From the NCBI GenBank assembly GCA_964612155.1, contig CAZTDA010000001.1, positions 1-32,820 of the forward strand: a stretch of DNA of 32,820 bases, in the 5' to 3' direction. The notes below the pieces were generated by a model. It saw only the letters and a list, made by a program, of their open reading frames with translations. It searched no databases and was not told where the DNA came from. The stretch comes from an uncultured Eubacteriales bacterium (GTDB lineage Bacteria; Bacillota; Clostridia; Oscillospirales; JAKOTC01). Positions 7,867-15,083 of this stretch are shown one piece after another (positions within the stretch are counted from its first letter, which is position 1; each line of letters starts with the position of its first letter). Position numbers and translations under genes: made by a program.

Positions 7867-8562
7867 ATGGAGATCATCTCTACCGAAAATATTTATAAGA
7901 TTTACAACAAAGGGCGAAACGAAGTCAAGGCACTTGACGGCGTTTCGCTTTCTGTTATGCAGGGCGAATTTTTAGCGGTCATGGGACAGTCGGGCTCGGG
8001 AAAATCGACCCTGCTGAACATTTTGGGCTGCCTCGATGTGCCTACAAGCGGTCATTATTATCTGTTCGGCAAATCCTCCGAAGCCTTCGACGAAGAAGAA
8101 CTCGCAGGAATCCGCAATCGCCGCGTGGGGTTTGTGTTTCAAAACTATAACCTCATCCCCTCGCTGTCGGCAGTCGAAAATGTAGAACTCCCGTTGTTAT
8201 ATCGCGGAGTCGAACACGAAGAGCGCCGTAAAATCGCCCTCGATGCCCTGGAAAAAGTCGGGCTCACCCGACGCGCCGAGCATCGCCCCCTCCGCATGTC
8301 GGGCGGGCAGCAGCAGCGCGCCGCCATCGCGCGCGCCATCGCCGCCGATCCCGATGTACTGCTGGCCGACGAACCGACCGGAAACCTCGATCGCACCTCG
8401 GGCGCCGACATCATGAATTTGCTTTCCCTCTTGAATAAAAACGGCAAGACGGTTATAATTATCACGCACGACCCGGCGGTCGCAGCTTTTGCAAGCCGGA
8501 TTGTGACCATCAGCGACGGCAAAATCGCATCCGACGAGAGGAACGCCTATGAAGCAAGTTGA
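7867..8562 (+). CDS. ABC transporter ATP-binding protein (MacB/FtsE/LolD-like), no cognate permease adjacent
   Basis: 231 aa. Walker [11 protein letters not shown]-loop VFQNYNL, signature MSGGQQQR, Walker [13 protein letters not shown]-loop ITHD. Confidence 0.9.
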   Translation: MEIISTENIYKIYNKGRNEVKALDGVSLSVMQGEFLAVMGQSGSGKSTLLNILGCLDVPTSGHYYLFGKSSEAFDEEELAGIRNRRVGFVFQNYNLIPSLSAVENVELPLLYRGVEHEERRKIALDALEKVGLTRRAEHRPLRMSGGQQQRAAIARAIAADPDVLLADEPTGNLDRTSGADIMNLLSLLNKNGKTVIIITHDPAVAAFASRIVTISDGKIASDERNAYEAS

Positions 8563-8998
8563 GATATTTACCGACGGCGCATGCTTAGGCAATCCCGGCC
8601 CCGGCGGCTGGGGCGTCATCCTCAAATATCAGGGAAAAGAAAAAGAGCTCTCCGGCGGAGAGCCCGAGACCACCAATAATCGCATGGAGTTGACCGCCGC
8701 CATCGTCGCGCTCGAAGCGCTCAAAACGCCCTGCGAAATCAAGCTTTACAGCGATTCGCAATATCTGATCAATGCCTTCGAGTTGGGCTGGCTCGAAAAG
8801 TGGAAAAAGAGCGGTTGGAAGCGCGCCGACAACGCCGAGGTCAAAAACGTTGATCTCTGGCAGCGGCTTTCCGAATTGACCGCGATACATAAAGTCGAAT
8901 TTATCTGGGTACGCGGTCACGACGGCCACCCCGAAAACGAACGTTGCGATCGCCTTGCCAGCGGATACGCGCAAAAACTCCAAGCCGAAAAGTTATAG
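8549..8998 (+). CDS. rnhA: Ribonuclease HI
   Basis: 149 aa. [48 protein letters not shown] (DEDD catalytic set). The start overlaps the ABC ATPase gene by 14 nt. Confidence 0.92.
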   Translation: MKQVEIFTDGACLGNPGPGGWGVILKYQGKEKELSGGEPETTNNRMELTAAIVALEALKTPCEIKLYSDSQYLINAFELGWLEKWKKSGWKRADNAEVKNVDLWQRLSELTAIHKVEFIWVRGHDGHPENERCDRLASGYAQKLQAEKL

Positions 8999-9002
8999 CT
9001 GC

Positions 9003-9039
9003 TTAGTGTAAAGTTTAAAGTGTAAAATGTAAAGTGACA
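9003..9039. repeat. AT-rich GTAAAGT-word repeat, copy A (37 nt identical to 17993-18029)
   Basis: TTAGTGTAAAGTTTAAAGTGTAAAATGTAAAGTGACA occurs identically at 9003-9039 and 17993-18029. A short inverted echo AACTTTACATTT lies at 9173-9184. Confidence 0.9.
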
Positions 9040-9088
9040 AATACATAGCATTTATTCATTTTAAATACATATTGAGCACCTTTAAAAT

Positions 9089-9114
9089 GTAGGACGAATA
9101 CGAGCATCCGCTCG
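9089..9114 (+). repeat. GTAGG-headed hairpin, degenerate copy
   Basis: GTAGGACGAATACGAGCATCCGCTCG. GTAGG head followed by an imperfect 8-position stem GGACGAAT / ATCCGCTC (6 of 8 pairs, including one G-U) around the loop ACGAGC. Confidence 0.5.
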
Positions 9115-9150
9115 CTGAGTTTGCCCCCCAAACTTAAGTAATAAAATTCC

Positions 9151-9167
9151 GTTTTGCATCGCAAAAC
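9151..9167. repeat. GTTTTGC-N3-GCAAAAC hairpin (second copy at 21847-21863)
   Basis: GTTTTGCATCGCAAAAC here and GTTTTGCCCTGCAAAAC at 21847-21863. Both are embedded in composite intergenic repeat regions. Confidence 0.8.
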
Positions 9168-9241
9168 ACCGCAACTTTACATTTATATTTATATATAAAA
9201 ACAGAAAAGCTACACTAAAACCAGAAAGAACGGTCGTCAAC

Positions 9242-10261
9242 ATGAAAAAACTCCTCGCGATTCTTCTCTGCACAGCTCTGCTGTTCACCCTGTTCGGCTG
9301 CGCCAAACCCGCTGCCGAAAACACCGCCGTGCGCATCGCCTTTTTCCCCAACATCACCCATGCGCAGGCGTTGATCGGTTCCGCCAAAGACAGCAACGGC
9401 TCCAGCCGCTTTGAGCAAGCGCTCGAGGGCTGCACCGTGACTTATCAGGATTTTAACGCCGGTCCGGAAGAGATCGAAGCGCTCTTTGCCGGTTCGGTTG
9501 ACATCGGTTATATCGGCCCGGTTCCCGCCATCAACGGCTTTGTGCGCTCGGGCGGCGATGTGGTCATCATCTCGGGCGCAGCAAACGGCGGCGCGGTATT
9601 GGTCGCGCGTGACGGCACCAACATCACTTCGGTCGCCGACCTTGCGGGCAAAAAAGTGGCCATCCCGCAGCTTGGTAACACCCAACACCTCTCGCTGTTG
9701 CAGCTCTTATCCGAAAACGGCCTCTCCACGACCACAGCGGGCGGCACGGTCGATGTTTATGCGGTCGCAAACTCCGAAATCAAATCGCTGATGCAGACCG
9801 GCGGTATCGACGCGGCCTTGGTTCCAGAACCCTGGGGTGCGCGCTTGACTCGCGAAGTCGGCGCAAAACTCGTTTTGGATTATAACCAAATCTGGCTCGA
9901 CGGCAATTATTCGACGGCGGTTGTCATCGTCAACAAGGACTTTTTAACCGCCCACCCCGACCTCGTCGAAAAGTTTTTACAGGCACATGCCGATATTACC
10001 GCTTATATCAATCAAAAACAGGACGAAGCGATGGCGACAGCCAACGCGCGTATTGAAGAACTGACCGGCGCGGCGCTCAACCCCGAAGTGCTCTCCGAGG
10101 CGTTTTCGCGCATCGTCTTCACCACCGACCCGGCGCGGGAGTCTGTCGAAGCATTCATCAACCTGTCAATTGAACAGGGCTTTATCGACGCCTGCGACAA
10201 CCGCGAAGCGCTTTTTTCACTGGATATGATCACAAAAATCAAACCGGAGTCCGTGAAATGA
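9242..10261 (+). CDS. ABC transporter substrate-binding lipoprotein (NMT1/SsuA/TauA-like, NitT/TauT family)
   Basis: 339 aa. Lipobox LFTLFGC. The overall pattern (AFFPNITHAQALIG, IGYIGPVPAI) resembles sulfonate/nitrate/taurine-type binding proteins. Stop overlaps the next gene (ATGA). Confidence 0.8.
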   Translation: MKKLLAILLCTALLFTLFGCAKPAAENTAVRIAFFPNITHAQALIGSAKDSNGSSRFEQALEGCTVTYQDFNAGPEEIEALFAGSVDIGYIGPVPAINGFVRSGGDVVIISGAANGGAVLVARDGTNITSVADLAGKKVAIPQLGNTQHLSLLQLLSENGLSTTTAGGTVDVYAVANSEIKSLMQTGGIDAALVPEPWGARLTREVGAKLVLDYNQIWLDGNYSTAVVIVNKDFLTAHPDLVEKFLQAHADITAYINQKQDEAMATANARIEELTGAALNPEVLSEAFSRIVFTTDPARESVEAFINLSIEQGFIDACDNREALFSLDMITKIKPESVK

Positions 10262-11013
10262 ACATCACCGTCGAAGCCGTCTCCAAGGTCTTTCATAACC
10301 CCGACAGTGAGGTTTTAAAAGACATCAATTTGGAGATCGCGGAGGGCGAGTTTTTATGCCTGCTGGGCCCGTCGGGCTGCGGCAAATCCACCTTGCTCAA
10401 CATCATCGCCGGTCTCGATAAACCGACCTCGGGCAGCGTTAAATTCGGCGGCGAACCCATTACGAATCCCGGCCCCGACCGCGTGATGATCTTTCAAGAA
10501 TCGGCTCTGTTCCCGTGGCTTTCGGTGGTCGACAATGTCAAGTTCGGTCTTAAAATCGCCAAAATCCCCGATAAAGAAGCCGAGGAACGGGCGATGACCT
10601 ATTTGCAAAAAGTCAATCTGGCCTCCTGCCGCGACTATAAAATCAGTCAGCTCTCGGGCGGCATGAAACAGCGTGTCGCCATTGCAAGGGCGCTTGCGCT
10701 CGATTCCAAGGCCCTGTTAATGGACGAGCCGTTCGCCGCACTCGACAAGCAGACCAAAAACCTGCTGCGAGACGAGCTCGAACGCCTGTGGCTTTCCGAA
10801 AAGCGCACCGTCGTCTATGTCACCCACAGCGTCGAGGAGGCGTTGTTCTTCGGCGACCGCGTGGTGATGATGAGCGCAAATCCCGGGGTGATCAAGAGCA
10901 TTTTTAATATTGACTTCCCCCGCCCGCGCCAAATCGACACACCCGAATTTGTCAAATTGCGACACGATATTTTAGCCGACCTCAGAGTGGAGGTAGAGCG
11001 CTATGAAAAATAA
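10258..11013 (+). CDS. ABC transporter ATP-binding protein (NitT/TauT family)
   Basis: 251 aa. Walker A GPSGCGKST, MIFQESALFPWLSVVDNV, signature LSGGMKQRV, Walker B LLMDEPFAALD. Confidence 0.9.
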   Translation: MNITVEAVSKVFHNPDSEVLKDINLEIAEGEFLCLLGPSGCGKSTLLNIIAGLDKPTSGSVKFGGEPITNPGPDRVMIFQESALFPWLSVVDNVKFGLKIAKIPDKEAEERAMTYLQKVNLASCRDYKISQLSGGMKQRVAIARALALDSKALLMDEPFAALDKQTKNLLRDELERLWLSEKRTVVYVTHSVEEALFFGDRVVMMSANPGVIKSIFNIDFPRPRQIDTPEFVKLRHDILADLRVEVERYEK

Positions 11014-11785
11014 AAATAAGTTGCTGTATAAAACGCTCAAAGGTCTTTTTCTGTTTGTGTTATTCATCGCCTTATGGCAGCTGCTCTATTTTGTATTGGT
11101 CGAAAAAACGGCGGTTTGGAAACCGTATGTCTTCCCGTCGCCGCTCGGTGTGGTCAATTCTTTTTCAAAGCTGCTTAAAAACGGAACTTTGCTTGTCGGT
11201 GTCGGGCAGACCATGCGCCGCATCGGCATCGGCTACGGGCTCTCGATTGTAATCGGATTGCTCTCCGGTATGCTGCTGGCAAGGTTCAAAGCGCTTTCGG
11301 AATTGCTGCGTCCCATCGTGCTGGGCATTCAGACGCTGCCCTCCATCTGTTGGGTGCCGTTTGCGATTTTATGGTACGGTCTCGCCGAGGGCGCGACGAC
11401 CTTTATCGTGGTCATCGGCTCGGCGTTCAGCATCTGCATTGCGGTCGAGACCGGCATCAAGAGCATCAATCCGTTGTATATCCGCGCCGCCAAAACCATG
11501 GGGGCAAAAGGCGTCGCGCTCTACACCAAGGTGATATTGCCCGCCAGCGTCCCCGCGCTGGTCGGCGCTCTCAAACAGGGCTGGTCGTTTGCCTGGCGCG
11601 CACTCATGACCGGGGAGATGATGATTTCGTCGCGGGGCATCGGTCTGATGCTTTCGCAGGCGCGCGAAATCGGCGGCATCAACGAGGTCACCGCCGTGAT
11701 GTTGGTGATCGTGTTCATCAGCATTCTCGTCGATAAACTCATCTTCGGCCTGATCGAAAAGCGCGCCCTAAAATGGGCAGCATAA
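11003..11785 (+). CDS. ABC transporter permease (NitT/TauT family)
   Basis: 260 aa, about 6 hydrophobic segments, EAA-like loop AAKTMGAKGVALYTKVILPASVPAL. The start overlaps the ATPase gene by 11 nt. Confidence 0.88.
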   Translation: MKNKNKLLYKTLKGLFLFVLFIALWQLLYFVLVEKTAVWKPYVFPSPLGVVNSFSKLLKNGTLLVGVGQTMRRIGIGYGLSIVIGLLSGMLLARFKALSELLRPIVLGIQTLPSICWVPFAILWYGLAEGATTFIVVIGSAFSICIAVETGIKSINPLYIRAAKTMGAKGVALYTKVILPASVPALVGALKQGWSFAWRALMTGEMMISSRGIGLMLSQAREIGGINEVTAVMLVIVFISILVDKLIFGLIEKRALKWAA

Positions 11786-11796
11786 GCAAAATAAGC

Positions 11797-11828
11797 TTAA
11801 AGTGTAAAACGTAAAGTTTAAAGTGACA
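11797..11828. repeat. AT-rich GTAAAGT-word repeat, solo arm (copy B)
   Basis: TTAAAGTGTAAAACGTAAAGTTTAAAGTGACA. Positions 11800-11826 match the reverse complement of 18066-18092 at 26 of 27 positions. Confidence 0.85.
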
Positions 11829-11833
11829 CATCC

Positions 11834-11857
11834 GTAGGGAGCGACGCCCTCGTTCCC
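11834..11857 (+). repeat. GTAGG-headed hairpin
   Basis: GTAGGGAGCGACGCCCTCGTTCCC. The 8-bp stem GGGAGCGA / TCGTTCCC (one G-U) has a 5-nt loop and lies directly after the AT-rich arm. Confidence 0.65.
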
Positions 11858-12082
11858 GCCGCGCGGATAGCGTTCCATCGTCATGATGGCATATTCAAAC
11901 GCGTCATAAAATCTGCTTTCCGTTCACTTGATAGCGCGCGCTTCAGGCCCCCATTCCCCTCTGCATGGTGTCGCAAGCGACACCTTAGGGGTTGGCCCGC
12001 AGGCCGGGGTGGTTTTTCCTGGTACGGAACGACATCCCCCTTACTCGGCAGCATTCTGTGCAAAAATGTCTCTATATATAGT

Positions 12083-12115
12083 AAAATCGGCTGTAACAAG
12101 CCGATTTTTTCTTTT
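12083..12115 (+). terminator. Rho-independent terminator at the end of the long 11786-12229 intergenic region
   Basis: AAAATCGGCT (12083-12092), loop GTAACA, AGCCGATTTT (12099-12108), followed by TTCTTTTCC. Confidence 0.7.
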
Positions 12116-12149
12116 CCATAAATTTTTTACGGTTTTTTTATTTTCCCTG

Positions 12150-12185
12150 TTGACATATTCATACTACTGTATATAATATAGTAGT
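12150..12185 (+). promoter_or_regulatory. Candidate sigma-A promoter with an overlapping palindrome (likely PadR operator)
   Basis: TTGACA (12150-12155), 16-nt spacer, TATAAT (12172-12177). Imperfect inverted repeat ACTACTGTATA (12163-12173) / TATAGTAGT (12177-12185) spans the -10 element. Confidence 0.55.
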
Positions 12186-12229
12186 GAACAACGGTCACAT
12201 CCCTGTTCGCAAAGGAGGCAGACAACACC

Positions 12230-12556
12230 ATGAATTCCCAATATAAAAAAGGCGTGTTGGAGCTGTGCGTGCTGGCACTGCTCGAAAAGGGCGACTGCTA
12301 CGGCTATGACATCTCGGAGCGCCTTTCCGAGCGCATCGATATCGCCGACGGCACGGTCTACCCGATTCTGCGCAAGCTTAAAAGCGACGGACTGGTCGAT
12401 ACCTACCTGCAGGAGGAAAGCGGCGGTCCGCCCCGCAAATACTATTCACTGACCAATCTCGGCCGCGAGACCTACCAAGCCGACCGCGCCGAATACCTCA
12501 AATTCGCAGAGGCAATTAAAACTCTTTTGGAGGGCAACGAAAATGAAACGAAATGA
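12230..12556 (+). CDS. PadR-family transcriptional regulator
   Basis: 108 aa. LELCVLALLEKGDCYGYDISERL...GTVYPILRKLKSDGLV, a typical PadR winged helix. Confidence 0.92.
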   Translation: MNSQYKKGVLELCVLALLEKGDCYGYDISERLSERIDIADGTVYPILRKLKSDGLVDTYLQEESGGPPRKYYSLTNLGRETYQADRAEYLKFAEAIKTLLEGNENETK

Positions 12557-13268
12557 ATATTTATCCGAGCTCGAAGCCGAGCTGAAGAAAAAACAGATCG
12601 CCGACACCGCCGATATCGTCGAAGAATACGAGCAACACTTCGCCTTCAAACTCGCCGACGGCTTTTCGGAAGAAGAAATTGCCGCGAAACTCGGCGCACC
12701 CGCAGCCATCGCCGCTCAGTTCGAGTCCGTCAACACCTCTTCCGCCGATAAAAAAGCCAAAAAGGGCGGAAGTATCTGGGCGAAAATCGGCATGGCCTGT
12801 TTAGTCCCGTTTGAATGGATCGGATTCATCCTGCTGTTTTGTTGGTCGGTTGTGCTCGGTGCGCTTGGGCTCGCCTCTGCCGCAATCGGCATCTGCCTGA
12901 TCGCACAAGTCGATACTTTTATGCAATTCGCGATTTTGCAAATGCCCTTTCTGAGCTCTTTGCTGCTCGGTTTAACCATGATTGCACTCGCTGTCGCGTT
13001 CGGAGCCGGATGCTGCTACTTCTTCGCCTTCTTAAAACAACTCGTCCGTGCCGACATACGCTGGCACAAAAATGTGGTTTCGGGTGCGGCGCTCCCGCCG
13101 CTTCCGACCGCCCCGCAGTTAAAAACCAAATCCGGCAGAGCCCTGCGCAGAATCTTTTTAATCGCGACTGCCGTTTTCGGCGTTTTATTCGTGCTGGGCT
13201 TCGTGATCTCCTCTGTACAAGCGGGTCAATTCGGATTCTGGCACGCCTGGAACTGGTTCGTAAAATAA
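12543..13268 (+). CDS. DUF1700-like membrane protein (PadR-associated)
   Basis: 241 aa. N-terminal MKRNEYLSELEAEL...IVEEYEQHFAFKLADGFSEEEIAAKLGAPAAIA is the usual DUF1700 head, followed by about 4 TM segments. The start overlaps the padR stop by 14 nt. Confidence 0.8.
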   Translation: MKRNEYLSELEAELKKKQIADTADIVEEYEQHFAFKLADGFSEEEIAAKLGAPAAIAAQFESVNTSSADKKAKKGGSIWAKIGMACLVPFEWIGFILLFCWSVVLGALGLASAAIGICLIAQVDTFMQFAILQMPFLSSLLLGLTMIALAVAFGAGCCYFFAFLKQLVRADIRWHKNVVSGAALPPLPTAPQLKTKSGRALRRIFLIATAVFGVLFVLGFVISSVQAGQFGFWHAWNWFVK

Positions 13269-13316
13269 AAAACAGTCCATAAGCTTTTCACAAATCGCGG
13301 GAAAGGAACCTTACAA

Positions 13317-14204
13317 ATGAAAACTGTCATCATCACTGGTGCCACATCCGGCATCGGCTTAGAAACCGCACGCCTTTTGGCAAATCGGGGCTACCGAGTG
13401 CTCGGCGTCGGACACAGCGAAAAAAACTGCATCCGCGCCGAACAGGAGATATTCACCGAAAACCCAAACGCCCAAATCGCTTTTTACAGTGCCGATCTGA
13501 TGCAACAGCGCCAAGTACTGCGCGTCGCTGAAGAACTCTCGGCAGAGCTCGACAAAACCGGCGGCGAATTGTACGCGCTCATCAACAATGCAGGCGCGGT
13601 ACGCAGCTGGTACACCACCACCGAGGAGGGCTACGAACAGCAGTTCGCCCTCAACCACCTCGCGGGCTTTTTATTGACCGCCAAATTGCTGCCTTATCTG
13701 CAAAGGGGGCGGGGCAGAGTTATTATGACCGGCAGCGGTTCGCACAAGGGCATCAAAATGCACTGGGACGACGTGATGCTGCGTCGGGGTTATAACCCTC
13801 TGACCTCTTACAAGCAGTCCAAACTTTGCAACATCCTGTTTGCTAAGGGGCTGAACGACCGCAATCTCGGCATCCATGCCTATACGGTCGATCCGGGTTT
13901 GGTGAACACAAACATAGGCAACAAGCAGACCGGCGGTCTGGTGAATTTCGTCTGGTCGCTGCGTAAAAACAGCGGTGTGTCGCCCGAAATTCCCGCCAAA
14001 ACCTATTTATATCTCTGTGAACAGGACCCTGCTCCGACCGGATTATATTACTACCACAACCCGTCAAAGCGTCCACCCATTTGCGAAATGCCCTACAGCG
14101 AACAGGTGACAAGCGAAAACGCCGCCCGTCTGTTCACCCTCAGCGAGCAGCTCTGCGGCATTGAAGTCGGAAAACCCATACTTGAAAGGAAGGTCGTATC
14201 ATGA
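13317..14204 (+). CDS. SDR-family oxidoreductase
   Basis: 295 aa. TGATSGIGLETA (TGxxxGxG), NNAG, SYKQSK (YxxxK). Confidence 0.9.
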   Translation: MKTVIITGATSGIGLETARLLANRGYRVLGVGHSEKNCIRAEQEIFTENPNAQIAFYSADLMQQRQVLRVAEELSAELDKTGGELYALINNAGAVRSWYTTTEEGYEQQFALNHLAGFLLTAKLLPYLQRGRGRVIMTGSGSHKGIKMHWDDVMLRRGYNPLTSYKQSKLCNILFAKGLNDRNLGIHAYTVDPGLVNTNIGNKQTGGLVNFVWSLRKNSGVSPEIPAKTYLYLCEQDPAPTGLYYYHNPSKRPPICEMPYSEQVTSENAARLFTLSEQLCGIEVGKPILERKVVS

Positions 14205-14995
14205 ACGCATTTATCACCGGAGCGGCGGGCGGACTCGGCAGAGCCATGGCAGTCGAGTGTGCCCAACGCGGCTATCACCTGTTTTTGACCGATGTCAACC
14301 AAGCCGGATTACTGCTTCTTCAACAGGGGCTTGAGCGCCGTTTCGAGGTCACGGTTGCGGTGCGCGCTTGTGACCTCACCGACTCCGCCGATGTCGACAG
14401 CATGCTTTCGATTATCGATCAAAGCGGTTTAAAATTCGACCTGCTGCTCAATATCGCCGGATTGGATTTCGAGGGCGGCTTTATGGAGCGCGAACGTGAA
14501 AAAATCGTCAAGATCGTGTCTCTAAATAACGCCGCAACCTTGCGCATCACCCATGCGATTCTCGAACGCCGCCGTGAAAATCGCCGTTTTAACATCGTCT
14601 TCGTCTCGAGTTTGGCCTCGATGTTTCCGATGCCCCTCAAGGCGACCTATGCCGCTTCCAAGCGGTTTCTGCTCGATTTTGCCTGTGCGTTGCGTCAGGA
14701 ACTCAAAGACCAAAACGCCAATGTGCTGGCGTTGTGCCCGGGCGGGATGGTCACCACCGAATCCGCGATGGAGGGCATTGCCGCACAGGGTTTTTGGGGC
14801 AACGCCACCACCAACCCGCTCGAAACCGTCGCCCGAAAGACCCTCGACCGCGCACTTGCCGGCAAAGCGCTTTATATCCCCGGTCTGCTCAACCGAACCC
14901 TCACGTTTTTCGGTAAACTCCTTCCGCGCACCATTGTCGCAAAAGCCGTCTACTCCCGCTGGCACAAAGCGCAAAGCGAAAGGCAGTCGTTATAA
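14201..14995 (+). CDS. SDR-family oxidoreductase
   Basis: 264 aa. TGAAGGLGRAMA, NIAG, YAASK. ATGA overlap with the preceding SDR gene. Confidence 0.88.
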   Translation: MNAFITGAAGGLGRAMAVECAQRGYHLFLTDVNQAGLLLLQQGLERRFEVTVAVRACDLTDSADVDSMLSIIDQSGLKFDLLLNIAGLDFEGGFMEREREKIVKIVSLNNAATLRITHAILERRRENRRFNIVFVSSLASMFPMPLKATYAASKRFLLDFACALRQELKDQNANVLALCPGGMVTTESAMEGIAAQGFWGNATTNPLETVARKTLDRALAGKALYIPGLLNRTLTFFGKLLPRTIVAKAVYSRWHKAQSERQSL

Positions 14996-14999
14996 TGAT

Positions 15000-15083
15000 G
15001 TAGGGGCGAACTGTGTTCGCCCGCCATAACGCACGATGCCGCTCATTTATATACTTTTACGGGCGAACACAGTTCGCCCCTAC
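15000..15083. repeat. Inverted doublet of a 24-nt GTAGG-headed hairpin (REPIN-like); likely bidirectional terminator between convergent genes
   Basis: GTAGGGGCGAACTGTGTTCGCCCG at 15000-15023 and its exact reverse complement at 15060-15083, separated by a 36-nt spacer. Each arm is itself a hairpin (GGGCGAAC / GTTCGCCC). The right arm contains the TAG stop of the 959-aa gene. Confidence 0.9.

Noticed and set aside
9003-9039. AT-rich repeated words as a CRISPR array, or as catabolite-responsive (cre) sites (TGTAAAACGTAAAG).
   Set aside because: There is no regular repeat-spacer periodicity and no cas genes. The cre-like stretch has one extra base relative to the TGWAANCGNTNWCA consensus and lacks the symmetric 3' half.
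9001-9241. Riboswitch (e.g. TPP) upstream of the NMT1/SsuA-like binding-protein gene.
   Set aside because: None of the conserved TPP cores (CUGAGA ... ACCUGAUCUGGAUAAUGCCAGCG-like) or other riboswitch cores I know are present. The region is explained by repeat modules.
11881-12176. ORFs 11881-12099 (minus, 72 aa) and 11928-12176 (plus, 82 aa) in the long intergenic region.
   Set aside because: They have no RBS, Pro/Arg/Gly-rich or low-complexity translations, and they overlap each other. The plus ORF runs through the terminator and into the padR promoter.
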